Origin: Squalus acanthias
Lineage: Eukaryota
NCBI GenBank assembly: GCA_030390025.1
Contig: JASTWF010000034.1
Span: 3,286,001 to 3,350,000 of the forward strand
DNA length: 64,000 nt
Direction of reading: 5' to 3'
The number at the start of each line of letters is the position of its first letter. The stretch's first letter is position 1. Made by a program: the position numbers and the translations under genes. Positions 53,750 through 64,000 of the stretch are shown one piece after another. Below the pieces are notes generated by a model. That model did no database searches and was not told the DNA's origin. It was given only the letters and a program-made list of their open reading frames with translations.

Positions 53750-56560
53750 TCCAGCACTTGGTCCGTAGCCTTGTATGCTGTGGCATTTCAAGTGCTCATC
53801 TCAATGCTTCTTGAATGCTGTGCGGGTTCAAGCCTCTACCACCGTTTCAGGCAGTGAGTTCCAGATTCCAACCACACTCTGGGTGAAAAAGATTTTCCTC
53901 AAATCCCCTCTAAACCTCCTGCCCCTTACCTTGAAACTATGCGCCCTGGTTAATGACCCCTCTACTAAGGGGAAAATTTATTTCTATCAACCCTATCTAT
54001 GCCCCTCATAATTTTGTACACCTCAATCAGGTCCCCCCTCAGCGTTCTCTGCTCTAAGGAAAACAACCCCAGCCTGTCCAGTCTCTCTTCATAGCTGCAG
54101 CGCTCCAGCCCAGGTAACATCCTGGTGAATCTCCTCTGCACCATCTCCAATGCAATCACATCCTTCCTATAGTGTGGCGACCAGAACTGCACACAGTATT
54201 CCAGCTGTGGCCTAACTAGCATTTTGTACTTCTCTAACACAACCTCCCTGCTCTTATATTCTATGCCTCGGCGAATGAAGGCAAGTATCCCATATGCCTT
54301 TTTAACCACCTTATCTACCTGTCCTGCTGCCTTCAGGGATCTATGTACATGCACACCAAGGTCTCTCTGATCCTCTGTCCTTCCTAGGGTCTTACCATTC
54401 ATTGTGTATTCCCTTGCCTTGTTAGTCCTCCCAAAATGCATCACCTCACACTTTTCAGGGTTAAATTCCATTTGCCACTGTTCTGCCCATCTAACCAACC
54501 CGTCTATCTCGTCCTGTAGCCTGAGGCTTCCCTCCTCGCTATTTACCACTCCACCAATTTTCCTGTCATCTGCGAACTTACTGATCATACCTCCTACATT
54601 CATATCTAAATCATTAATGTACACTACAAACAGCAAAGGACCCAGCACCGATCCCTGCGGTACACCACTGGACACGGGCTTCAAGTCACAAAAACAACCT
54701 TCGACCATCACCCTCTGCCTCCTGCCACGAAACAAATTTTGGATCCAATGTGCCAAATTGCCCTGGATCCCATGGGCTCTTACCTTCTTGACCAGTCTCC
54801 CATGTGGGACATTGTCAAAAGTCTTACTGAAGTCCATGTAGACGACATCAACTGCACTACTCTCATCCACACACCGATTCACCCCCTCGAAAGATTAAAT
54901 CAAATTGGTTAGAACTGATCTCCCCCTTAGAAAGCCATGCTGACCATTCTTAATTAATCCTTGCCTCTCCAAGTGTAGACTAATTCTGTCCCTCAGAATT
55001 TTTTCCAATAATTTCCCTACCACTGATGTTAGGCTCACTGGCCTGTAATTCCCTGCTTTATTCATACTACCCTTCTTGAATAATGGTATACGTTAGCTGT
55101 TCTCCAGTCATCTGGCACCTCCCCTGTGACCAGAGACTTTCTGAAAATTTGTGTCATAGCCCCTGCAATCTCCTCCCTTGCCTCACACTGCAGCCTGGGA
55201 TACATCTCGTCTGGGCCTGGGGATTTATCCACTTTTATGCCCACTAAAACCGCTAGTACCTCCTCCATCGCAATACTATTTTGTTCAAGTTTATCACAAT
55301 CGCCCTGCCTGATTTCTATGCCTACATCGTCCTTCTCCATAGTGAACACAGCTGCAAAATATTCATTTAAAACCACACCCACATCTTCCGGCTCTACACA
55401 CAGATTGCCACTTTGGTCCCTAATGGGCCCTACTCTTTCCCTGGTTATCCTCTTGCCCTTAATATACTTATAAAACACCTTGGGATTTTCCTTTATTTTG
55501 CCCGCAAGTGTTTTTTCATGCCCCCTCTTTGCTCTCCTAATGTCTTTTTTCAGTACCCCCCTGCACTTTCTATACTCCTCTAGGGCTTCCACTGTTTTAG
55601 TCCTTTGTATCTGCCAAAAGTCTCCCTTTTTTTCCTAATCCATTCTTATATATCCCTTGACATCCAGGGTTCCCTGGGCTTGTTGGTCCCACCCTTGACC
55701 TTTACGGGAACATGTTGGCGTTGTACACTCTCTATTTCCTTTCTGAAAGACTCCCACTGCTCTGATGTGGATTTTCCTACAAGTAGCTAATCCACTCCAC
55801 TTTGGCCAGATCCTGCCTTATCATATTAAATTCGGCATTTCCCCAATTTAGAACCTTTATTTCCGGTCCATCTTTGTCCTTTTCCACGACTACCTTAAAT
55901 CTCACCGAATTATGGTTACTGTCACCAAAATGCTCTCCTACTGACACTTCCACCACTTGCCCAGCTGCATTCCCTAGAATTAGGTCCAGAACCGCCCCCT
56001 GTCTGGTAGGACTTTCTACATGCTGGCTCAAAACGCTCTTCTGGATGCACTTTAAGAATTCCGCACCCTCTAAGCCTTTCACACTCTCACTATCCCAGTT
56101 GATATTGGGGAAGTTGAAATCCCCTACTATTATTAACCTATTATTTCGACACTTCTCTGAGATTTGCCTACATATCTGTTCGTCTATCTCCCCTGACTGT
56201 TTGGGGCCCTATAGTACACTCCCAGCAAAGTGCTTGCCCCCTTTTTGTTGTTAGGTTCTACCCATATGGCCTCATTAGAGGAACCTGCCAAGATATCATC
56301 CCTCCTTACAGCAGTAATTGACTCCTTGATTAATATTACGACACCCCTCCTCTTTTACACCCTCCTCTGTCTCGCCTGAAGATTCTATATCCCGGAATAT
56401 TGAGCTGCCAATCCTGCCCCTCCCTCAACCATGTCTCTGTGATAGCAACAATATCATACTCCCATGTGTTCATCAACACCTTCAATTCATCTGCCTTACT
56501 CGCAAGACTCCTTGCATTAAAATAAATGCCATCCAGCCTTGCCATACTCCCTTGTGCCGT
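53750..56560 (-). pseudogene. CR1 ORF2 (APE endonuclease plus reverse transcriptase), frameshifted
   Basis: Pieces YFNARSL..AITETWL, VLDLILGN..DSNHN, KSPGPDEMYPR and GVPQGSVLGP..KFADD lie in different frames. Confidence 0.9.
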
Positions 56561-56669
56561 TACATATTCGCTCTGACTTCCAGGCTGACTTGTTTTTTCC
56601 TCTATATTTGGCTGTGATTCACCCCCTACTATAGCTCCACTCCGTATCCCATCCCTCTGCCAAGTTAGA

Positions 56670-57620
56670 TTACCCCCCCCCCCCCCCAACAGTACTAGCA
56701 AATCTCCCCGCAAGGATGTTGGTCCCGTTCCGGTTCAGGTGCATCCCGTCCGACTTGTACAGGTCCCACCTTCCCCAGAAGCAGACCCAGTGATCCAGGA
56801 TACTAAAGCCCTCCCTCCTGCACCAACTCTTAAGCCACGCATTCATCTGCTCTATCCTCCTATTCCTATACTCACTAGCACGTGGCACCGGGAGTAAAAC
56901 AGAGATTACAACCTTTGAGGTCCTGCTTTTTAATCTGCAACCTAGCTCCCTAAATTCTTGTTGCAGGACCTCATCCCTCTTTCTACCCATGTCGTTGGTA
57001 CCAATGTGGATTACGACCTCTGACAGTTCGCCATCCCCCTTCAGAATACCCTGCAGCCGTTCAGTGACATCCTTGAACCTGGCACCAGGGAGGCAACATA
57101 CCATCCTGGAGTCACGTCTGCGGCCACAGAAACGTCTATCTGTTCCCCTTACGATAGAATCCCCTATCACTATTGCTCTCCAACTCTTTACGCCCCCCTC
57201 CTGTGCAGTTGAGCCACTCGTAGTGCCATGGACTTGGCTCTTGCTGCATTCCCCTGAGAAACCATCTCCCCCATCAGTATCCAAAACGGAAAATCTGTTG
57301 GAGAGGGAGATGGACCCAGGGGACTCCTGCACTGCCTTCCTAGTTCTTTTACACTGTGTGGCGGTCATCCATTTCCTGTTTGCCTGTGCACTCTTTACCT
57401 GTGGTGTGACCACTTCGTTAAATGTTCTATCCACGAAGATCTCAGCTTCGCGGATGCTCCACAGTGACTCCAGTCGCAGCTCCAGCTCCGAAACGCGGAT
57501 TTCGCTTAGCTGCAGCTGGAGACACTTCCTGCACATGTGTCCGCCCTGGACACCTAAAGTGTCCCTGACTTCCAACATAGCACAGGAGGAGCACTCCACG
57601 CTGCCGAGCTGCCCTGCCAT
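56670..57620 (-). CDS. CR1 ORF1p: Cys-rich N-terminus, coiled coil and SGNH/GDSL esterase domain
   Basis: Open 316-aa frame with CSSC...CRKC, a Leu heptad stretch, and blocks IGDSIVR, PGA, IHIGTND and DGMHLN. Confidence 0.88.
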   Translation of the reverse strand: MAGQLGSVECSSCAMLEVRDTLGVQGGHMCRKCLQLQLSEIRVSELELRLESLWSIREAEIFVDRTFNEVVTPQVKSAQANRKWMTATQCKRTRKAVQESPGSISLSNRFSVLDTDGGDGFSGECSKSQVHGTTSGSTAQEGGVKSWRAIVIGDSIVRGTDRRFCGRRRDSRMVCCLPGARFKDVTERLQGILKGDGELSEVVIHIGTNDMGRKRDEVLQQEFRELGCRLKSRTSKVVISVLLPVPRASEYRNRRIEQMNAWLKSWCRREGFSILDHWVCFWGRWDLYKSDGMHLNRNGTNILAGRFASTVGGGGG

Positions 57621-57882
57621 GTCCTACCCATAATTTACTCCCTTTAAATTAAAGAATATTAAATACACTAGGGACCTTACTTCCCTTTAAACACTACTTG
57701 CTCTAAACTCGAGACCTAACTTTTACTTTAATGACTGGACTGTAGAAATACTCACCAGGTCTTGGAAGCTGACAAAGACAGAAAAAGAAAGGAACACATC
57801 CCTCCCTGAACTCCCTCACTCACCAAACTCGCAGCTTAACACTCGGTTCCAAGCTGCACTCCATGACAAACTGCACTCAAGC

Positions 57883-58310
57883 CAGTACTGAGGGAGTGCT
57901 GCATTGTTGGAGGGGCAGTACTGAGGGAGTGCATCTCTCTCAGCGGGGCAGTACTGCGGGAGCGCATCACTGTCAGAGGGGCAGTACTGAGGGAGCGCAT
58001 CACTGTCGGAGGGGCAGTACTGACGGTGCACTGCACTGTCAGAGGGGCAGTACTGAGGGTGCACTGCACTGTCAGAGGGTAGTACTGACGGAGCACTGCA
58101 CTGTCAGAGGGGCAGTACTGAGGGAGCGCTGCACTGTCAGAGGGGCAGTACTGAGGGAAGGCCGCACTGTCAGAGGGGCAGTACTGAGGGAGCACTGCAC
58201 TGTCAGAGGGGCAGTACTGAGGGAGCGCATCACTGTCAGAGGTGCAGTACAGAGGGAGCACTGCACTGTCAGAGGGGCAGTACTGAGGGAGCACTGCACT
58301 GTCAGCGGTG
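57883..58310. repeat. 33-bp minisatellite (13 copies) derived from the SINE interior
   Basis: CAGTACTGAGGGAGCACTGCACTGTCAGAGGGG units. The same unit occurs once at 223-255. Confidence 0.95.
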
Positions 58311-58625
58311 CCATGTCTCAGATGAGACGTTAAACCTGTCTGTTCTATAAGTTGGACGTAAAATATCCCATGGAATTATATTGAAGAAGAGCAGCAGAGT
58401 TAACCCCGGTGTTCTGGCTAATATTTATCTCAATCAACATCATTAAAGCAGATTATCTGGTCATTATCACATTGCTGTTTGTGGGAGCTTGCTGTGCTCA
58501 AATTGGCGGCACGTTTCCGACAGTACAACAGTGACTTCACTTCAAAAGGAAGGACGTCATTGGCTTGAAAGCACATCCCAAGATCGTGAAAAGCGCCGTA
58601 TCAATTCAATTCTTTCTTCCTTTCT
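57883..58625 (+). mobile_element. 5'-truncated DeuSINE/SacSINE1-like SINE
   Basis: 58311-58625 aligns by eye to 256-578 of the first SINE. The tRNA-like head is absent. Confidence 0.8.
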
Positions 58626-58839
58626 TAACTGTAATTTCCAAAAGGTAATTGGATGCAAACTTGAAAAGGATAAATTTTCAGGGCTATGGGGAAACGGCTC
58701 AATTGTTCATTACCATTCACAACAGGATATGAAAGCTTTGAAATAATTTGATGTGTTGGGATCGCTTGGCTCTGTCTAATTTCATTCCATTGATCACCAT
58801 GGTAGATGCACATGATATGATGGAGGGCGGCCTCAGGGT

Positions 58840-59390
58840 GAAGGCGAGACTTATTCTCCACACACATTGAGCGGTGGTCAGTCCTACCAATATCGTCATG
58901 GACAGATGTATATGCGATAGATAGATTGGTGAGGACGAGGTCAAGCAGGCTTTTCTCTCATCTTGGTTCTCCCACCACCTGCCGCAATCCCAGTCTGGCA
59001 GCTGTGTTCTTCAGGGCTCGGTTAATGATGGTACTTCCGAGCCACTCTTGGTGATGGACATTGAAGTTTCCCCCTCCCGACCCAGAGTATAATTTGTGCC
59101 CTTTCTGCTCTCGGTGCTCCCATCAACTGGTGTTCAGCATGAAGATGTGCCGATTCATCAGCTGAGGGAGGGCGGTAGGTGGTAATCGGCAGGAAGTTAC
59201 CTTGCCCATGTCTGACTGGAAGCCAACAGACTTCATTATATCCTCAGGCAATGTTCAGGACTCAGTGTTTCTCCCTCCCGATTGTATACCCCTGTGTCCC
59301 CAACTCTGGTGGGTCTGTGCAGACCCTGGAAAGGTGATGGAGAGTTTGAGAATGTTGACTGACAGGTATGGTTCTGTGAGTATGATTATG
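58840..59390 (-). mobile_element. Degraded LINE endonuclease-region fragment, probably the same family as 46776-48450
   Basis: Minus strand gives GNFNVHHQEWL, VGEPR*EKSLLDLVLTNL and SVGLTTA (DH-like region) remnants. Confidence 0.6.
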
Positions 59391-59617
59391 CGAGAATTTA
59401 ATGTTTCCAGAGAGTTTTATGGAATATTGAGGTGCTTACAGCGTATTTATCTCATTGGTTAATATTTTAAGTGTTATCCTTGAATCCCTTCGTATTAATT
59501 CTTTGCTCCTTTTAATTATTCTTCTCCTCGGTTAAACACGATGACATCTTTGTCTGGGTAAGGTCACTCTTCTTCTTCTTGTTCTTGTTCTATTTTCAGG
59601 CAATAGCGAAATGAACT

Positions 59618-60426
59618 GAGAATGACATTCCTGGACTGTGGCGGGAGCAGTGTAATCTAGGCGGCCCTGGGAATGAAATTCCTGGATTGAGGTGGGAGCA
59701 ATGTAATCTAGGCAGACCCTGGGAATGAAATTCCTGGATTGAGGTGGCTGCAGTGTAAACTAGGCTGTGCCTGGGAATGAAATTCCTGGACTGAGGTGGG
59801 AGGATTGTAATCTAGGCTGTGCCTGGGAATTAAATTCCTGGACTGAGGTGGGAGCAGTGTAATCTAGGCAGCCCTGGGAATGAAATTCCTGGACTGAGGT
59901 GGGAGCAGTGGAATCTAGGCGGCCCTGGGAATGTAATTCCTGCTTTGAGGTGGGAGCAGTGTAATCCAGGCATTCCTGGGAATGAAATTCCTAGACTGAG
60001 GTGGAGCAGTGTCATCTCGGCAGCCCTGGGAATTAAATTCCTGGATTGAGGTGAGAGCAGTGTAATCTAGGCGGCCCTTGGAATGAAATTCCTGGATTGA
60101 GGTGGAAGTAATGTAAACTAGGCAGCCCTGGGATTGAAATTCCTGGATTGAGGAGGGAGCAGTGTAATCTAGGCAGTCCTGGGAATGAAATTCCTGGACT
60201 GAGGTGGGAGCAGTGTAATCTAGGCTGTGCCTGGAATCAAATTCCTGTACTGAGGTGGGAGGATTGTAATCTAGGCAGCCCTGGGAATGAAATTCCTGGA
60301 TTGAGGTGGGAGCAGTGTAATCTAGGCAGCCCTGGGAATGAAATTCCTGGACTGACGTGGGAGCAATGTAATCTAGGCAGCCCTGGGAATGAATTCCTGA
60401 GTTGAGGCTGGAGCAGTGTAATCTAG
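59618..60426. repeat. 51-bp minisatellite, ~16 diverged copies
   Basis: Consensus GGGAATGAAATTCCTGGACTGAGGTGGGAGCAGTGTAATCTAGGCAGCCCT. Confidence 0.95.
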
Positions 60427-60539
60427 TCGAGTCCCATCGTTCCATCACTGGGATATTCTCTCAGATCCCGCCATTTAAGACCATTTATTTATTATTTCTT
60501 TAATCCTGATGGCCTGGTATGGAATAAATCAGAGAACTA

Positions 60540-61853
60540 GTGTGGGGAAATCCATTTTGTCAGTGGTCTAAACAGAGTGCTAAGGTTGTGAATTTGGAAA
60601 GCTTGGGAATTAGGAGCAGAGGGGGAAGGAGGAGAGAGCGAGAGGAGCGGCCGGAGATAAAGGTAGGACAGAGAACCCGGAGCTGGGAGCGAGTGCAAGG
60701 GAGTTCGGTAAGTGACATCAGCACAAGGGAAGACGCTGCAAAGAAAAAATAGTATGTTGATTGTGATTTTTTGAAGTCTTGAGTTTAATTCCGTTAAGTT
60801 AGTTGGTAGTCTATTAAATAGAGGCTTGGCAGGGCACCTCAGTGCCGTGGAATGCACACCTTGTGTCATGTGGGAACTCCAGGACACTTCCCACGGGTTT
60901 CGGAGCTTGAGCAGCAGCTGGCGTCACTGCGGTGCATCCGTGAGGCTGAGAGCTCCGTGGATAGCAGGTTTCAGGAGGTGGTCACCCCGCAGCATAAGAG
61001 TGTGCAGGCAGAGAGGGAATGGGTGACCGTCAGACAGACAAGGAGAACCACGCATTTAGTGCAGGAGCCCCATGAGTGCATCTCACTCTCGAACCAGTAT
61101 TCGATGGGTCCTCTGGGCCAGAGCCAAGTCCACGGCAACACTGGTGGCTGAGCTGTAGGGTTGAGGGGGGCAGGAAGATCGGGAAATCAATAGTGATAGG
61201 AGATTCGATAGTTAAAGGAACAGACAGGTGTTTCACCAGGCACAGACGTGACTCCAGGATGATATGTTGCCTCCCTGGTGCCAGGGTCAAGGATGTCACT
61301 GATTGGCTGCAGGCCATTCTGAGGGGTGATGGTGAACAGACTGCGGTCGTGGTCCATATTGGCATCATCGACATAGGTAGAGAGAGGGATGTGATCCTGT
61401 AGGCAGATAATAGGGAGCTAGGAAAGAGATTATAAAGCAGGACCTCGAAGGTAGTAATCTCCAGATTACTCCTGGTGCCACGAGCTAGTGAATACAGAAA
61501 TAGGAGGATAGAGCAATTAAATGTGTGGCTGGAGATATGGTGCAGGAGGGAGGGCTTTAGATTCCTGGGACATTGGGGCCGGTTCTGGGGGAGGTGGGAC
61601 CTGAAAAGGCCGGACGGGTTGCACCTCAACAGAGCAGGAACCAATATACTCACGAGGTGCGAGCGGGGGTGGATGCTAGTGCTGTTGGGGAGCATTTAAA
61701 CTAATCTGCCAGGGGGATGGGCACCAGGATGTGGCATTAGAAAGGAGAAACAATGTGCACAAAAGATAGGGAGAGACAGATAGCAGTAGAGCATGAAATA
61801 GTACGGTATTAAGTTGGTTCAGACTAACGGAGAATCCAAGAAGGTCTAAGATA
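60540..61853 (+). mobile_element. CR1 LINE 5' part (5'UTR plus degraded ORF1 esterase)
   Basis: AGHLSAVECTPCVMW, IVIGDSIVKG, CCLPGARVKD and DGLHLN. Inverted paralog of 1219-2357. Confidence 0.88.
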
Positions 61854-62318
61854 GAAACAGAAAATGCTGGAAACACTCAGCAGGTCAGGCACCATCCGTG
61901 GAGAGAGAAACAGAGTTAACGTTTCAGGTCTGTGACCCTTCGTCAGAACTGGAAAAAGTTAGAGATGTTACAGATTGTAAGCAGGGGCAAGGAGAGGGGC
62001 AGAGTGGAGGAAATAACACATGTGACAGTCTGTGATAGGGTGGAAGGCAGGAGTGGTTAAATGTTACAAATGGGGATGACAGAATCATCAACAGCTGTCT
62101 CCTGAGCTGCAGTCAGAGTGGGAGTGGAGCGTAGAATTAAAGTGACAAGCGTTCCATCCCACTCTGACCACTCTGTCCTCGGCCTCTTACAACGTAAGCT
62201 CGAGGAACAACACCTCATCTTTCTATTAGGCACTTTACAGCCTTCTGGACTCAACACTGAGTTCAACAATTTCAGACCATAACCTCGGCCCCCATTTATT
62301 CAGGAGGCAGCTGTTGAT
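61854..62318 (+). mobile_element. Penelope-like element remnant (inverted pLTR plus GIY-YIG C-terminus)
   Basis: 62190-62282 encodes QRKLEEQHLIFLLGTLQPSGLNTEFNNFRP*. The preceding 61854-62150 is the inverted arm. Truncated by CR1 sequence at ~62319. Confidence 0.82.
61911..61952 (-). ncRNA. Minimal type I hammerhead ribozyme motif (PLE-associated)
   Basis: Minus strand reads CCAGUU-CUGACGA-AGGGUC-ACA-GACCU-GAAAC-GUU-AACUCUG with all core nucleotides intact. Confidence 0.75.
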
Positions 62319-63182
62319 GTCGGTGTGGTGCCAGAAGACTGGAGAATTGCAAATGTTAAACCCTTGTTCAAAAACTGGTGTAAGGATAAACCCACAAAAT
62401 ACAGAGCAGTCAGTTTAACCTTGGTGATTGGGAAGCTTATAGAAACAATTAATGGGACAAAATTAACAGTCACTTGGACAAGTGTGGATTAATTAAGGAA
62501 ATCCAGCACGGATTTGTCAAAGGCAATCGTGTTTATCTAACTTGACGTGTTTTCTGATCATTTAACAGAGAGAGTTGATGAGCGGAATGCGGTTGACATG
62601 GATTTCAAAAAGACGTTGATAAAGTGCCATATAATAGGTTTGCCAGCAAAGTTGAAGTCCTTGGAATAAAAGGGGCAGTGCAGCATGGATAAAAAATTGG
62701 TTAAGTGACAGGAAACTGAGAGTAGTGGTGAACGGTTGTTTTCTGGACTGAAGAAGGTACACAGTGGTGTTCCCCAGGGGTCGGTACTCGGAATACTGCT
62801 TTTCTTGATATATGTTAATGACTTCGACTTGAGTGTACAGGGCACCATTTCAAAATCTGCAGATGAGACAAAACTTGGAAGTAAAGTGAATAGTGAGGAG
62901 GATAGTGATAGATTTGAAGAGGACAGAGACATGCTGATGAAATGGGCGGACACGTGGCAGATGAAATTTAATGCAGAAAAGTGTGAAATGATACAATCTG
63001 GCAGGAAGAATGAGGAGAACCAATGTGAACTAAAGGGTACAATTCTAAAAGTGGTGCATGGACAGCGTTGAAGGTTGCAGGGCAGGTTGAGAAAGCGGCT
63101 AAAAAAGCACACGAGATCCTGGGCTTCATAAATAGAGGCATAGAGTACAGAAATAAGGAAGTTATGATGAACTTTTATAAAA

Positions 63183-63391
63183 TTGAGAGGTCGCACAACA
63201 CCAGGTTATAGTCCAACAGTTTTATTTGAAATCACAAGCTTTCGGAGCTATCGATTTGCTCCTTCCTCAGGAAGGAGCAAATCGATAGCTCCGAAAGCTT
63301 GTGATTTCAAATAAAACTGTTGGACTATAACCTGGTGTTGTGCGACCTCTCAATTTTGTCCACCCCAGTCCAACACCGGCATCTCCGCATC
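63183..63391 (+). mobile_element. Short Penelope-like insertion (second family) forming a perfect hairpin
   Basis: 89-bp perfect inverted arms (63179-63267 and 63269-63357) plus a ~34-bp unpaired tail. Target duplication ATGAACTTTTA(T/C)AAAA at 63167-63182 and 63392-63407. Hammerhead core at the axis. Confidence 0.8.
63233..63270 (-). ncRNA. Hammerhead ribozyme core, stem I truncated
   Basis: Minus strand reads CUGAGGA-AGGAGC-AAAUCGAUA-GCUCC-GAAA-GCUU-GUG with palindromic AAGCUU stem III. Confidence 0.55.
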
Positions 63392-64000
63392 ATGAACTTT
63401 TACAAAACACTGGTTCAGCCTCAATTGGAGTATTGTGTCCAATTCTGGGCACCACACTTTAGGAAGGATTTGAATGACTTAGAGCGGGTGGAGAAAGGAT
63501 TTACAAGAATGATTCCAGGGATTCGGGACTTCAGTTATGTGGAGAGACTGGAGAAGCTGTGGTTGTTATTCTTAGAGCAGAGAAGGCTGAGAGGAGATGT
63601 GATAGAGGTGTTCAAAATCATGAGGGCTCTGGACAGAGTAGATAGAGAGAAACTGTTCCCATTGGTGGAAAGGTCACGAATCAGAGGACACAGATTTATG
63701 GTGATTGGCAGAATAACCAAAGGGGACATGAGAAAAAACTTTTTTACGCAGCGAGTGGTTAGGATCTGGAATGCACTGCCTCAAAGGGTGGAGGAGGCAG
63801 ATTGAATCGTGGCTTTCAAAACGGAATTGGCGAAGTACCGAAAGGAAAAAAAATGCCCGGCTTCGGGGCAAGCGCGTGGGAGTGGGATTTGCTGAAGTGC
63901 TCTTGCTGAGAGCTGGCACGGGCTCGATGGGCCGAATGGCCTCCTTCTGCGTTGTAACCATTCTATGATTCTATCTTTTAAGAAAAAAGACCTCCATTTA

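Larger units (their letters stand above)
53647..57880 (-). mobile_element. Near full-length CR1 LINE (~4.2 kb)
   Basis: 5'UTR (~57620-57880), ORF1 esterase, EN and RT pieces of ORF2 in colinear order, and a CTATGA-type 3' tail at 53647-53671. Confidence 0.93.
62319..63975 (+). mobile_element. 5'-truncated CR1 LINE, interrupted at 63183-63391
   Basis: SGVPQGSVLG, KSADETKLG, EYCVQFWAPH and FFTQRVVRIWNALP. Tail TTCTATGATTCTAT. Confidence 0.9.

Noticed and set aside
54404..57633. Plus-strand ORFs antisense to CR1
   Set aside because: Shadow frames of LINE coding sequence with no independent protein signature.
57816..58333. Cys-rich repeat proteins (PQYCPSDSA)
   Set aside because: Translations of the 33-bp SINE-derived minisatellite, which is open in several frames.
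59830..60448. 17-aa repeat protein (QEFHSQGCLDYTAPTSV)
   Set aside because: By-product of a 51-bp unit. Indels shift the frame along the array and there is no supporting gene structure.

Overview
Eukaryotic, repeat-dense vertebrate DNA. The repeat families and the GPCR exon point to a cartilaginous fish (inference). After a 500-N gap (4315-4814), about 40 kb is a single 52-bp tandem satellite of roughly 770 copies. The remainder is almost entirely nested retroelements: several CR1-type LINEs (one near full length with an open SGNH-esterase ORF1), L2 fragments, a second LINE family, two DeuSINE/SacSINE1-like SINEs, and three Penelope-like (PLE) insertions with inverted structure and minimal hammerhead ribozyme cores. 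The only host-gene candidate is a first coding exon (49431-49611, +) resembling the GPR139-like receptors of sharks. Its exon end and splice donor are triplicated, and its downstream exon is not visible in the window. A roughly 1.5-kb CR1/Penelope composite occurs in inverted orientation near both ends of the window. I found no CRISPR, rRNA, true tRNA or prokaryotic features, and I cannot support a wholly new biological system. The best leads are the ribozyme-centred perfect palindrome, the GPCR donor triplication, the dyad-rich satellite and the inverted duplication.
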